IMG/VR virus record: IMGVR_UViG_3300026512_000020
Coordinates: 1-46,044 of that record
Reading direction: 5' to 3' (one strand)
Length of the DNA stretch: 46,044 nucleotides
Origin: a virus
Taxonomy: Duplodnaviria > Caudoviricetes
Shown one piece after another: positions 9,670 through 19,602 of the stretch. The notes beneath the pieces are model-generated. The model did no database searches and was not told the DNA's origin. It saw nothing but the letters and a program-made list of their open reading frames with translations. Made by a program: the position numbers and the translations under genes. The stretch's first letter is position 1, and each line of letters starts with the position of its first letter.

Positions 9670-10593
9670 ATGATATATGAACCTACTCAACTTGAAGGTG
9701 TTTCCTATGGAACACAAGGTTGGAATAATATTTATTCTAGTAATTTTGAGAAGCTTAATGATTATCTTGCAAAATTTGAAGATTTATGGAATTCAACTCC
9801 AGATGATTGGAATATTTTGAGGTATGATAGTTCTGTTTCAAAATGGATAAAAGATACAATAGCCAATCTATCAACACAACTTGAAGCTTATCTTGCAAAA
9901 AAAGATTTAAGTAATGTTGATGATAATACTATTTTAAATAAAATAAAAAATGTTGATGGTTCTGGAAGTGGACTTGATGCTGATTTACTTGATGGAAAAG
10001 ATAGTTCTGATTTTCTTGATAAATCTACTTATGATAGTGATAATGATGGTATAGTAGAACAAGCTGATAATGCTAATAAAGTAGATAACTGTGATGTTGA
10101 TGATACTCAAACTGGAACTTCTTTTCTGTGGACATCACAAAAAATTTCAAATGAACTGTCAAATAAAGCTGATATAAATCATACACATACTAAAAATGAT
10201 ATAACAGATTTTAATGAAAATGATTATGTGCATACAAGTAATGATGAAACAATTGCTGGAAATAAAACATTTTCAAATGATATAACTGTTAATGGTAGTA
10301 TAAATAATATTGCTATTTGCACTTGTTGGGGAAAAATAAATAGTGATGGAACAATAGGTGATAGTTATAACCTAGCTTCTGTTAATCATTCTGCTACTGG
10401 AGTATATGAAATAAGTTTTAGTAATGCAATGGCAAATGCAAATTATTCTGTTGTTGCTACTTGTAATACTTCTGGTTTTTATGTTATTAGTATTTCAAAT
10501 ATAACAACTAGTGGCTTTACTGTAGAAGTTTATGATAATAACAATCAAGCAACTGATGTAGCTTTTTCAGTTCAAGTTTTTGGGGGTAAATAG
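9670..10593 (+). CDS. Tail fibre protein
   Basis: VDGSGSGLDADLLDG, HTHTKNDITDF and ETIAGNKTF fibre motifs; C-terminal GVYEISF..ANYSVVAT beta domain; GGGAGG RBS. Confidence 0.8.
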   Translation: MIYEPTQLEGVSYGTQGWNNIYSSNFEKLNDYLAKFEDLWNSTPDDWNILRYDSSVSKWIKDTIANLSTQLEAYLAKKDLSNVDDNTILNKIKNVDGSGSGLDADLLDGKDSSDFLDKSTYDSDNDGIVEQADNANKVDNCDVDDTQTGTSFLWTSQKISNELSNKADINHTHTKNDITDFNENDYVHTSNDETIAGNKTFSNDITVNGSINNIAICTCWGKINSDGTIGDSYNLASVNHSATGVYEISFSNAMANANYSVVATCNTSGFYVISISNITTSGFTVEVYDNNNQATDVAFSVQVFGGK

Positions 10594-11012
10594 TGTTTAA
10601 TTTTATTTTAGCTTTGCTTGGCTCTTCCAGAATAAGAAGCTTAATACTATACTTACCTTTTATTTTTTCTGTAATATTAAACTTTTATTTTTTTAATGTG
10701 AATAAGGAATTAAAAAGCAAAATAGTAAAACTTGAAAATGAAAATACAAAAATACATAAATTGCTGGATAATTACATATTGGAAAACAATAAGCTAAAAA
10801 AAGAAATAGTATTACAAAAAGAAAAATATGAAAAAGATATAAATAAATTATTAAAAATAGCAAATAAAAAACCAAAAGTTATTTATATTCCAAAAGTTAT
10901 TACAAAAAAAGTTTATGTTACAAAGAAGGAATGTGAACAAATGTGTTTAATGATTGATAAATTTATAGAAATAGAAAAAGGAAGTAAAAAAGGAAAAGAA
11001 AATGAAAAATAA
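10593..11012 (+). CDS. Putative inner-membrane spanin (Rz-like)
   Basis: N-terminal TM segment followed by coiled coil; overlaps the downstream lipoprotein gene. Confidence 0.65.
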   Translation: MFNFILALLGSSRIRSLILYLPFIFSVILNFYFFNVNKELKSKIVKLENENTKIHKLLDNYILENNKLKKEIVLQKEKYEKDINKLLKIANKKPKVIYIPKVITKKVYVTKKECEQMCLMIDKFIEIEKGSKKGKENEK

Positions 11013-11256
11013 ATTACTTTTTCTTGCTATATCATCATTTTTATTTTTTGGTTGTTTTTCACAAAGTCCAAGAGTTCAATATGTTGAAAAACCTATTTTT
11101 ATTAAATGTAAAATACCAGATATACCAAAAGCCAGTTTAGAAGAAATACCAGATAATGCTACATATCCAGAAAAACTTAAAATTATTCTTAATAATTATT
11201 TTGAGCTTAAAAAAGAAAATGAACTTTTAAGAGAAGCTATAAAACTTTGTAGATAA
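11002..11256 (+). CDS. Putative outer-membrane spanin lipoprotein (Rz1-like)
   Basis: MKNKLLFLAISSFLFFGC lipoprotein signal; Pro-rich linker; lies between the i-spanin and holin genes. Confidence 0.75.
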   Translation: MKNKLLFLAISSFLFFGCFSQSPRVQYVEKPIFIKCKIPDIPKASLEEIPDNATYPEKLKIILNNYFELKKENELLREAIKLCR

Positions 11257-11266
11257 GGAGACTATT

Positions 11267-11539
11267 ATGAAAGGAAAGATAAGTTTCTTAAAAGACTGGT
11301 GGCTTGCCATTATTATTATAGCAATTTCTTTTATTATTTATAATAATGGCAAAATTTTTGATTTACTTCCACCAATGCAAATTGTTATTAAGAAAATAAG
11401 TCTTGTAACAATTTGGTATTTTTTAACATATATTTTTAGAAGAATAAGACTTGGTAAAATTAAGTGGAGTGAAAATGATAAAAAAACATATTATTATATT
11501 TTACTTATTGGTTCAGCTATTATTTTTGCTTTTAGTTAA
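11267..11539 (+). CDS. Putative holin
   Basis: 90 aa, three hydrophobic segments, immediately upstream of the endolysin. Confidence 0.65.
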   Translation: MKGKISFLKDWWLAIIIIAISFIIYNNGKIFDLLPPMQIVIKKISLVTIWYFLTYIFRRIRLGKIKWSENDKKTYYYILLIGSAIIFAFS

Positions 11540-12098
11540 TTGTGGATTTTCTTGGGATAGGTGTGAACAGTTAAAGTGGAAAGTTAGAGCAGCACACCAA
11601 TGGTTTTTTGGGATTGATTATCCTTGGTGGTTTAGTCTAGGACAAATTAAAGCTGAAACTGGGTGTAGGTGGATAGGTTCACTTGATGGTATTGGCTCTT
11701 TAGGTTATGCCCAAATTACTCCAAGATTTTGGGATAAAGAATTAAAAAAATATTTTCCAGCTTGGAAAATAAAGGATAGTTTTGATTACTTTTATGCTCA
11801 AGCTTATATTCTTAAAAAATATCATAAAATAAACAAATATAAGAAACTTTTTATAACTTATCAATGTTATAATGGTAGGTGTAGAAAAATATTAAGAGAA
11901 GTATTGCCAGATATTAGTTGGGAAACTGGTTATAAAAATTGTTTAAAACATAAGAGAAAAATTTGTGTTTGGAGAAAGAAAGGAAAATGTTTACAATATA
12001 GATATGATTGTGATATAAATTATTCATATAGTAAAAAAGTTTTTAAATATGGAATAAAATATCAAGAATTTAGTAGCAAAAGGTGGAAATTTTGGTAA
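11475..12098 (+). CDS. Endolysin, SLT-like lytic transglycosylase with N-terminal signal/anchor
   Basis: GQIKAETGC (catalytic Glu), GYAQITP, YNG motifs. Start moved to ATG 11475 (GGAG RBS at 11466-11469). Confidence 0.8.
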   Translation: MIKKHIIIFYLLVQLLFLLLVNCGFSWDRCEQLKWKVRAAHQWFFGIDYPWWFSLGQIKAETGCRWIGSLDGIGSLGYAQITPRFWDKELKKYFPAWKIKDSFDYFYAQAYILKKYHKINKYKKLFITYQCYNGRCRKILREVLPDISWETGYKNCLKHKRKICVWRKKGKCLQYRYDCDINYSYSKKVFKYGIKYQEFSSKRWKFW

Positions 12099-12110
12099 AG
12101 GGGGTAAAAA

Positions 12111-12293
12111 ATGATTGTGGAAACAATAGCTATTATTATTTCCTTTTTATGTGGTTTTATAATTGGTGTATGGAAAGCTAAGCAAATTCAAAAAGAAATT
12201 TATGAATTAATAGAAAAAATGGAAGAAAAAACAAAAGAAACAAGTATGAAAATAAATGAAAAACTTGATAATGTAGAAGAAAATTTTAAGTAA
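12111..12293 (+). CDS. Small single-TM protein
   Basis: 60 aa, GGGGG RBS, N-terminal TM helix and charged tail. Confidence 0.6.
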   Translation: MIVETIAIIISFLCGFIIGVWKAKQIQKEIYELIEKMEEKTKETSMKINEKLDNVEENFK

Positions 12294-12336
12294 ATTTTTA
12301 TTTTTTTAGACAAAAATTTGTTGGAGATAATGTAAA

Positions 12337-12675
12337 ATGGAAGGGTTTTTTGCATTTTTAGAACACACTATGGATAAACACCCTTTTGTATTTATTCTTC
12401 TTCTCATTATAGGCATATTGATTTTACCTTATATAGAAAAATTTATTGTTTATATTTATACAAAACACCTTTATCCTAAAAAGCAAGACTCAAAAATAGA
12501 ACTGAAGTTAAATGATGTATCTAATAAAATAAATTTACTTGAAGAAAAATTTCATTCAAATTCAAAAAATAATCAAATAAGACATGAACAGATTGTTACA
12601 ACACTTCAAGAAATAAAACAAGACATTAGAGAAATTAGACATTTAATTTCAAGAGAAAGGTTTGGGGGGCTTTAA
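12337..12675 (+). CDS. TM plus coiled-coil protein (possible lysis accessory)
   Basis: 112 aa, GGAG RBS, one TM then a heptad-rich region. Confidence 0.55.
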   Translation: MEGFFAFLEHTMDKHPFVFILLLIIGILILPYIEKFIVYIYTKHLYPKKQDSKIELKLNDVSNKINLLEEKFHSNSKNNQIRHEQIVTTLQEIKQDIREIRHLISRERFGGL

Positions 12676-12676
12676 T

Positions 12677-13495
12677 ATGGAGTTATGTCAAACTTGTGGT
12701 AAACACTGCTTACCTATAAGTTTTTCTGAATATATAACAAAGTATTTTAGAAGCCCTAATGAAGATTTGATAGTGCCAGAAATAGAAATTGATAATGGAT
12801 TATTTAAAAGAATGTCTCTTATATCTTCAGCTATCAGTTCTGGCTTATCTTATTTTTATGGATTAAAATCTGAAGTAATGAAGCAAGTATATGCAAGTTC
12901 TTTATTTTTTCATGCTTCAAGTCTTTATATGATTGATATAGGTGTAGAACTTGTGTTAGAGTGGTATAAAAATATTACATTATGGAATAAATTTCTAGCT
13001 CTAAGAAATGAGAGATGTAAAAATTTTAACATTTTTCTAACAAGTTCTTTTAAAGAACTTGTTTTAAAAGCTTCAAAAGTTAAGAAAAAACTATTTAAAG
13101 TGTTGAGTAATAGGGGAAAAGAGATAGTTGATTATTCTATAAAAATACATAAGAAAGTTGGTGAAGAATGGTTTTGTAAAAAATTAAAAAATTTAAAAAT
13201 AGAAGGAGAAGATTTTTACTTAGAATTTGTTTATAATATAACTTCAATTTTATCAATATTTATAGATGTTTTTATAGGAATAGTGCTAAGTGTTGACCAA
13301 ATGTTAACATCAAACAGAATAATATATACTCAAGGATTTGCTTCTCTTTATCTTGATGGAATAAATGTTCTAGATTTCTTTTGTCAAGAATTTAAAAAAG
13401 AAAATATAAAACAAATAAAAACTATAAAACCAGAGATATTAACTATAGCTAAGCTTAATGCTAGAGACTGTAATTTAAATTGTAAGGTTTATTAA
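12677..13495 (+). CDS. Hypothetical protein with N-terminal CxxC..C motif
   Basis: Start moved to ATG 12677 after GGGGGG RBS; MELCQTCGKHC; no family recognised. Confidence 0.6.
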   Translation: MELCQTCGKHCLPISFSEYITKYFRSPNEDLIVPEIEIDNGLFKRMSLISSAISSGLSYFYGLKSEVMKQVYASSLFFHASSLYMIDIGVELVLEWYKNITLWNKFLALRNERCKNFNIFLTSSFKELVLKASKVKKKLFKVLSNRGKEIVDYSIKIHKKVGEEWFCKKLKNLKIEGEDFYLEFVYNITSILSIFIDVFIGIVLSVDQMLTSNRIIYTQGFASLYLDGINVLDFFCQEFKKENIKQIKTIKPEILTIAKLNARDCNLNCKVY

Positions 13496-13497
13496 AA

Positions 13498-14004
13498 ATG
13501 GCAAAAATAAGATTTGCAGCATTTAAAGGAATTTCTTTTGTTTCAAAATGTATAAAGTTTTGGACAAGAAGTGATTACAGTCATATTGCTTATATTCTTG
13601 ATTGGTATGGTAAGGATTATATAGATATAACAAAGTTAATTGAAGCTTGGAAATTTGAAGATGGTTGGAGATGGGGGGTGAGTGGATTTTGCAACCATAA
13701 ACCAAAAACACCAGTTGAAATTTGGTTTAAAGAAGTTGAGTTTGAAAAAGCAAAAAAATTAAAAGAAATAATGCTTCAATTTGCTTGTAATAAAGTAAAA
13801 TATGATTGGAAAGGTATCATAGGATTTGTATTTAAATGCAATGATTGGAAAGATAAATATTTCTGTAGTGAAGGTTGTGCGAAAGGTCTTGTTGAAAGTG
13901 GTATTTGGAATAAAGACTTAAATTTATCTGTCATTCACCCTGACTACTTTGTTCAACTTATGAAAGTAAGTAGGTTTGAAAAAGAAATAGAATTTACAAT
14001 TTAA
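13498..14004 (+). CDS. Permuted papain-like amidase (YiiX/YebB-like)
   Basis: His before Cys: SDYSHIAY ... KYDWKGI ... KYFCSE ... IHPD. Confidence 0.8.
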   Translation: MAKIRFAAFKGISFVSKCIKFWTRSDYSHIAYILDWYGKDYIDITKLIEAWKFEDGWRWGVSGFCNHKPKTPVEIWFKEVEFEKAKKLKEIMLQFACNKVKYDWKGIIGFVFKCNDWKDKYFCSEGCAKGLVESGIWNKDLNLSVIHPDYFVQLMKVSRFEKEIEFTI

Positions 14005-14023
14005 AAATAAGGGGGTTGTTAAA

Positions 14024-14392
14024 ATGATTTATATATATGCAAGAAATAACCTATTGATAAATAGTGGTGATATTTCTGTTGAAGGAGCAATTGAAACTGG
14101 AAAAAAAGATACCATAATGGTTTATATAGAATATACAAAAGGAACTGAAGATAATATTACAGTAAGTTTTGAGAAATATGAAAAGTCAATTGATAAATGG
14201 TTTCCAGTTCAACAAGATGATGGAAATAGTATAGTTAATTATGAAAGAACCTTAAATGAAGGATTATATAACATTCCCATTCCAGTAGGAAAAAATGAAG
14301 AAAAATTTAAAATTAAAGTCAAAATGAATGGAAACACAAGTGCTACTGGAACTGTAAATGTTTGGTTAATACCAGAAGATACAAGGTTTTAA
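14024..14392 (+). CDS. Hypothetical beta-rich virion protein
   Basis: 122 aa, GGGGG RBS, precedes adhesin-like genes. Confidence 0.5.
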   Translation: MIYIYARNNLLINSGDISVEGAIETGKKDTIMVYIEYTKGTEDNITVSFEKYEKSIDKWFPVQQDDGNSIVNYERTLNEGLYNIPIPVGKNEEKFKIKVKMNGNTSATGTVNVWLIPEDTRF

Positions 14393-14406
14393 TAAAGGAG
14401 ATAAGA

Positions 14407-15813
14407 ATGAATAATTTGATAAATTTTTTCTTTAATTTTAAACAAAATCAAACATTACCACCAAATTTTAAAATACTGCCAGATGGAACATTTATTTTAA
14501 AAGATGAAGCTACTGTGTGGGATGACCAGTTGGCAAATAAGATAAGTCCAGATAACACTATGGTAACTTATTACTTAGCTGAAAGTGAATATGAATCTCC
14601 TACTGCTTATGCTGTCTATAAAGACAAGGTTTGGATAAAAGGAACATTTAAACCAAATGAAACTATTACTTACACATTTCAAAGAAATGAAGAAGGAAAA
14701 GCAGAAAATGAAAAAGTCTTTATGCTATATGATGATTTTGATAGTTATAACAATAATTTATGGACTTATAAAAATAGCTCATTAAGTAATGGACAACTGA
14801 TAGTAAATGGGGGTAATCAAATAATTGGAGCTACAACTACTTTTGCAATTCCAGAAAAAGTTGTGATAGAATGGAAGATGTATAGTGGAAACTATGATTT
14901 TGACTCTGGAATAAAAGTTGGTAATCTTTACTTTATTTCTGATAAAGGTTCTTATAATCATGCTATTTCTACTGGTTGGACATATCCAGTTGGTTCTCAG
15001 CAAGCTAATGCGTGGAATGAATATCAAGTTATAATAGAACAAAATAAACAAACTTTCAAAAACATTACCAGAAATAAAACAGTTAATGCAAGTTATTCTT
15101 ATAATATGGGAAATTTATCTTTTATTTGTGATTCAGATACAAGTTCTAATCCCTTGAAAGTTGACTATATTTGTATAAGAAAATATTATGATACAAGTAA
15201 ACTTGAAATAACTTCCTATCCTATAGAAAATGGATATACTGTAGAAATTAAAAATATTGGTGAAGAAGTATTAGAAGATATAGAAGTAGAATTAAATGAT
15301 ATTCCAGTAGATAAATATAAAGTTACAGTTAAAAGCATTACTCCAGTTATTGAAACTTGGGCATTTCCAGCTGGTGTTAATAGTTCAGTATCTTTTTTTA
15401 CTCAATTTAATCATAGAGCTAAATATAATTCCAAGTGTGCATTTCATATTCATTGTTATATACCACCAGATGCTACAACTGGAAATATAAAATTAAAATT
15501 TGAGTGGCAAAAACTTCCAGTTGAAACTCTTGTAACTGGTGGAAATATTAGAACTGTTAGACAAGTAAATAAACAATTAAGTTCAATTACAAAAATATTT
15601 CCAATAACAGAAGAGATGAAAGGGAGACATGTGCTTTTTGATTTTGGTTTTCTTGATACTGTCCACTCAATCAGTCAAGTTGTTTTTGCCAAAGTAACAA
15701 GACTTGGAGCTGATACAGAAGATAATTGGAATTTTGATTTACCTATACTATATCTAGATTTTCATACAGAAATTGATACAATGGGTTCAAGAGAACAATT
15801 TATAAAATATTAA
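14407..15813 (+). CDS. Adhesin-like virion protein with inserted DUF2341/lectin-like module
   Basis: Start moved to ATG 14407 (AAGGAG RBS). KVWIKG..VFMLYDDF...VDYICIRKY module sits between ATVWDD and WAFP..FFTQFNH..FHIH segments. Confidence 0.65.
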   Translation: MNNLINFFFNFKQNQTLPPNFKILPDGTFILKDEATVWDDQLANKISPDNTMVTYYLAESEYESPTAYAVYKDKVWIKGTFKPNETITYTFQRNEEGKAENEKVFMLYDDFDSYNNNLWTYKNSSLSNGQLIVNGGNQIIGATTTFAIPEKVVIEWKMYSGNYDFDSGIKVGNLYFISDKGSYNHAISTGWTYPVGSQQANAWNEYQVIIEQNKQTFKNITRNKTVNASYSYNMGNLSFICDSDTSSNPLKVDYICIRKYYDTSKLEITSYPIENGYTVEIKNIGEEVLEDIEVELNDIPVDKYKVTVKSITPVIETWAFPAGVNSSVSFFTQFNHRAKYNSKCAFHIHCYIPPDATTGNIKLKFEWQKLPVETLVTGGNIRTVRQVNKQLSSITKIFPITEEMKGRHVLFDFGFLDTVHSISQVVFAKVTRLGADTEDNWNFDLPILYLDFHTEIDTMGSREQFIKY

Positions 15814-15825
15814 AGGAGAATAAAT

Positions 15826-16227
15826 ATGGATAGAAAAGCAATACTTGATAAATATACACAAAATTGGATTTTAAAATATTATCCAGAAAGTAAACAAAAG
15901 TCAGACCAAGTTGACCAGTTATTTTGGACTTCTTATCTTGTGAATTATACAAATTTGTCTGCTGGAGAAATAGGAAAGCTTGTGTATCAGTCTGCTACAA
16001 AAATAATGGAAGGAAAATCAGATTTAAAAACTGAAGTTTCTAGTCTTAATTCTCAGTATGGTCAAGCTCAAGCTTGGGAGCAGCTAATAAAAATAGGAGT
16101 AAGAGTAGGTTGGGTTCAACAAATTAAGAAACTTTATTATGAGATATTAAATGATAAAAGTATTACAGAAACCAAACTTTATTTTGTAGTAAAAGAAAAA
16201 TACTTTCCTTTGTATAAATTAAAGTAG
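15826..16227 (+). CDS. Hypothetical protein (possible fibre chaperone)
   Basis: 133 aa helical protein with AAGGAG RBS following an adhesin gene; function inferred from position only. Confidence 0.45.
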   Translation: MDRKAILDKYTQNWILKYYPESKQKSDQVDQLFWTSYLVNYTNLSAGEIGKLVYQSATKIMEGKSDLKTEVSSLNSQYGQAQAWEQLIKIGVRVGWVQQIKKLYYEILNDKSITETKLYFVVKEKYFPLYKLK

Positions 16228-16237
16228 GGGTGAAACT

Positions 16238-18109
16238 ATGAATAAACTATTATCTTTTTTCTATATAAATTATACAAAAAATAAAAATAATATTTCTTGG
16301 GAAGATATAGATAAAACTAATAGTAAATTAACTGATATTTCAGATGTTCCAAATCCTACAATAGCAAACACATTCTTAGAATGGAATGGAAGTGAATATA
16401 TTTGGAGTCAAATAGCTATTAGTGGTAGTAATAATGCTGATTATGTATCTACTTCAAATCCAACTAATAAAGTTAATCCTTCTGGTGTTGGAGCTGTTTG
16501 GATTAACTCTTCTACTGGTGAAATTTTTGTATGCACTGATAATAGTTATAATATGAATAAATGGGTTGGACAGCTAGGAACTATAATAGGGCCATATACC
16601 CTTGATTTCTTTGGAGATAATAGTGAAAAAGTGTTAATGCCACTAGATGGAGATTTTAGTGATTTAGAAGGACATAGTGTTTCTACATATAACAGTCCTA
16701 TTTTTGTTGAAGGTAAAAAAAATAAAGCTGTAAAGTTTACTGGCAATCAAACAATTAAAGTGTCTGGGCCTATTGACTGCAAAAGTGTATCTTTTTGGAT
16801 TTATATTGATAATAGTATTCCAGCAAGTTATTGTGTAGTTATGTCTGGGCCTAATGGACATTGGAATTTTTTAGTTCATCAAGATTTAAAAGTTTCTTGT
16901 GGTAAAACCGGTATTTGCCCTGGTCAATCTATTAACATTGGTTTAACTGCTAATTCTTGGCATCATATTTGTTTAGTTTGGAATGGAAGTAATGCAGTTG
17001 ATGTCTATCTTGATGGTAATTATGCTGGAACTTCTAGTATAGGAAGCTCTGCTAGTAGTGAACCTCGTGATTATTTGTTGTTTGGCTCTGGTAATGCTAC
17101 TGGTGGAGATTTTCCTTGTTCAAATATATTGATAGACCATATTAGAGTATTTTCAAGACAATTATCAGCTTCTGAAGTAGAGCAACTATATAATGAGTTG
17201 TCTAACAGAATTGAACTACAATTAAATAATCCAAATTCTTGTAACTTATCAGATTTTCAAATAAAAATTAATTTAAGTGGAGTTAAATCTATCATTGATT
17301 CTTGGCCTTATTTCAAAGTTACAACTACTGATGGGACTATAGTGCCTTTTACTTATGAAAAATCCAATGGGGAAGTTACTGATATTAAAACAGAATGGGA
17401 TACTTCTTCAATTTGGATTAAAATACCATCAATTTCTGCTAATAGTAATATAGTTTTATACATAATGCCAAGTAGTGTTGAAACTGCTGTTTCTGGTGAT
17501 GATATTTTTGATTTTTATGACGATTTTAACAATAGCACTAAATTTAGTGTAATCTGTGGAAATGGGTCATTACAGAATGGTAAAATACAACTTGAAGGTA
17601 TTTCTTTTTACCAATCACCTATTTTGTCTTTACCTAATAATGTAATTATTGAAGCTGTAATTAGTGCAAATACAATTGGAGAGAGTGCTATATTTGGTTT
17701 ATCTACAGAAGAGACTTTAGGTAGTTCTGGAAATACTGATGATATTTTAAAGAATGGATATGATTGGGGATGGTGGGGTTGGAATGGAAGTGCACATTTT
17801 ATGAGAACTGTAGTTAATTCAAATTATGTAAATACTGACCATAATCAATATCCTGGATTTTATGATGCTCAAACAAATGTATCTTATTATATTGCTGGTG
17901 CTTATGATGGTAATATTTTATACCATTTTAAACCTACAACTGATAATAGCCTAGAAGTTGACCATAGTAGAGAAGATTCCACATTTAAGAATCAAGTTTG
18001 GAAGAGACTAATTATTGGTGTTTGGAATCCTGCAGTATGGAACTTTCATTGGATTAGAGTAAGAAAATATGCTAAACAAAACCTTACTTATTCTATAATA
18101 AGTTCATAA
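16238..18109 (+). CDS. LamG/concanavalin-like plus DUF2341 adhesin (tail fibre-like)
   Basis: GAVWINSSTGEIFVC; LamG motifs SVSFWI, WHHICLVW, YLDG, IDHIRVFSRQLSASEVEQLY; then LSDFQIKI..IWIKIP..IFDFYDDF..WIRVRKY. Confidence 0.8.
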   Translation: MNKLLSFFYINYTKNKNNISWEDIDKTNSKLTDISDVPNPTIANTFLEWNGSEYIWSQIAISGSNNADYVSTSNPTNKVNPSGVGAVWINSSTGEIFVCTDNSYNMNKWVGQLGTIIGPYTLDFFGDNSEKVLMPLDGDFSDLEGHSVSTYNSPIFVEGKKNKAVKFTGNQTIKVSGPIDCKSVSFWIYIDNSIPASYCVVMSGPNGHWNFLVHQDLKVSCGKTGICPGQSINIGLTANSWHHICLVWNGSNAVDVYLDGNYAGTSSIGSSASSEPRDYLLFGSGNATGGDFPCSNILIDHIRVFSRQLSASEVEQLYNELSNRIELQLNNPNSCNLSDFQIKINLSGVKSIIDSWPYFKVTTTDGTIVPFTYEKSNGEVTDIKTEWDTSSIWIKIPSISANSNIVLYIMPSSVETAVSGDDIFDFYDDFNNSTKFSVICGNGSLQNGKIQLEGISFYQSPILSLPNNVIIEAVISANTIGESAIFGLSTEETLGSSGNTDDILKNGYDWGWWGWNGSAHFMRTVVNSNYVNTDHNQYPGFYDAQTNVSYYIAGAYDGNILYHFKPTTDNSLEVDHSREDSTFKNQVWKRLIIGVWNPAVWNFHWIRVRKYAKQNLTYSIISS

Positions 18110-18125
18110 GGTAAAGGGGGAGACA

Positions 18126-18665
18126 ATGGCCATTTTTAGGATAGATAAATATAACAATGCAAAGCTTCTTAACATTCCAAAAGAAAAAGAAAAATATTTT
18201 CTATCTCAAAAATTTTATGATGTTACTTATATCAAAGTAGATAATCCACCTAAGTCTGATTTTGGTTTTTATAAATATAATCCAGATAATAATCAAATTG
18301 AAGTTGATATGGAAAAAGAGCTTGAAATGTGGAAGAGAAAAAAGAAACAAGAAATTAAACAAGCTTTTCTTGATACTCTATCAAATGGATATATAACATC
18401 TATAGGCATAAAAATTGATAGTAAATTAAGTGATTTACAAAATCTTGAAATTGGTTTAAGTTATGCTAAGCTAAAAAATTTATCTACTATCCAATTAAGA
18501 GACTATTATAACAAACTTCATTCTGTTGATATTTCTACATTTGAACAAATAATAACAGAATTAAAACAGTTTATTATAGATTGTTTAGAGAAAAAATGGA
18601 AGTTACAAAAAGAAGTTGATGATAGTAATGATATTGAAAGTATTAAATCTATAAAATGGGAATAG
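18126..18665 (+). CDS. DUF4376-like tail fibre assembly/chaperone protein
   Basis: KKKQEIK, LRDYYNKLH, KKWKLQKEV, C-terminal IKSIKWE pattern; follows a fibre gene. Confidence 0.65.
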   Translation: MAIFRIDKYNNAKLLNIPKEKEKYFLSQKFYDVTYIKVDNPPKSDFGFYKYNPDNNQIEVDMEKELEMWKRKKKQEIKQAFLDTLSNGYITSIGIKIDSKLSDLQNLEIGLSYAKLKNLSTIQLRDYYNKLHSVDISTFEQIITELKQFIIDCLEKKWKLQKEVDDSNDIESIKSIKWE

Positions 18666-18696
18666 TTAGAATTATTAATGGGGGGTAAGAAATATT

Positions 18697-19589
18697 ATGA
18701 ATAGTAAAAATAATATCAAACAAATGACAAAACAAATTCAAGAAGCATCAAAAGTTTTTAACAACTTATCATCACTTTCAAGAGTAGAAATAGCTTCTCA
18801 GCAACCTTTTAAAGTAATAGACACAAAAAAATGAACTATATAATTAAAAATATATCTGAAGCTAATGAAAAAATTTATAATTTTTCTCGTTCTACTTCAC
18901 AAGTTTCAAGAAAATTACAATCTCTTTCTATGATATTTCCAGCAGATGCTACTTATAGAGTATTACATCAAATTCTAGCTCAAATTGAAGATAGACAACA
19001 AGCTATTACTGAAAATACAATAAAAATTAAAAAATCTAATAAAAATAGAAAAACTTAAAAGGAAACTTAAAGAAACTTATGATGATATAGAAAAAAAGAA
19101 ATTGAACTTAAAATACAAGAAATCCAAATTAAAATCAGCAACTGTTTTTCTTATCTTGAAGCCAGTTTAAAAGAAATAGGATTTTTACTTGAAACTTATG
19201 AAGAAGTAAAGAAAAACAAAAATATTCCTGATAATTGGGATGAATTTGATTTTGAAAAAGCAGAAATAGAAGCACATATTAAAGGAGCTTTTAGAAATGC
19301 TTTAAGAGATTTTCTTGTCTATGGTAGAATAGGAATGGGAACTTGTGAATGGTTTGAACAACTTGGTATTTCTCCATTTGAAGCTATTTATGAAGTATCT
19401 AACTTCATAAAGAAAGCCAATATCAAAATGAATGCAAATAATCCACCAGATTATGATGAATTTTATGATTTTCTTAATAAGATGGCTAAAAAATATAAAA
19501 ATTGCTATAAAAAAGCTTGCAAAAATATTGGTATCAATGATAAACTAGTTTCAATAAACTTTACTTTAATAAACAAAAAAGAAAATTAA
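18697..19589 (+). pseudogene. Coiled-coil phage protein (~298 aa reconstructed) interrupted by three frameshifts
   Basis: GGGGGG RBS and ATG 18697; frame breaks at A7 18825-18831, near A6 19029-19034 and at A7 19091-19097. Track ORFs 18831-19058 and 19335-19589 are fragments. Confidence 0.8.
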
Positions 19590-19602
19590 ATTTAACTGGT
19601 AT

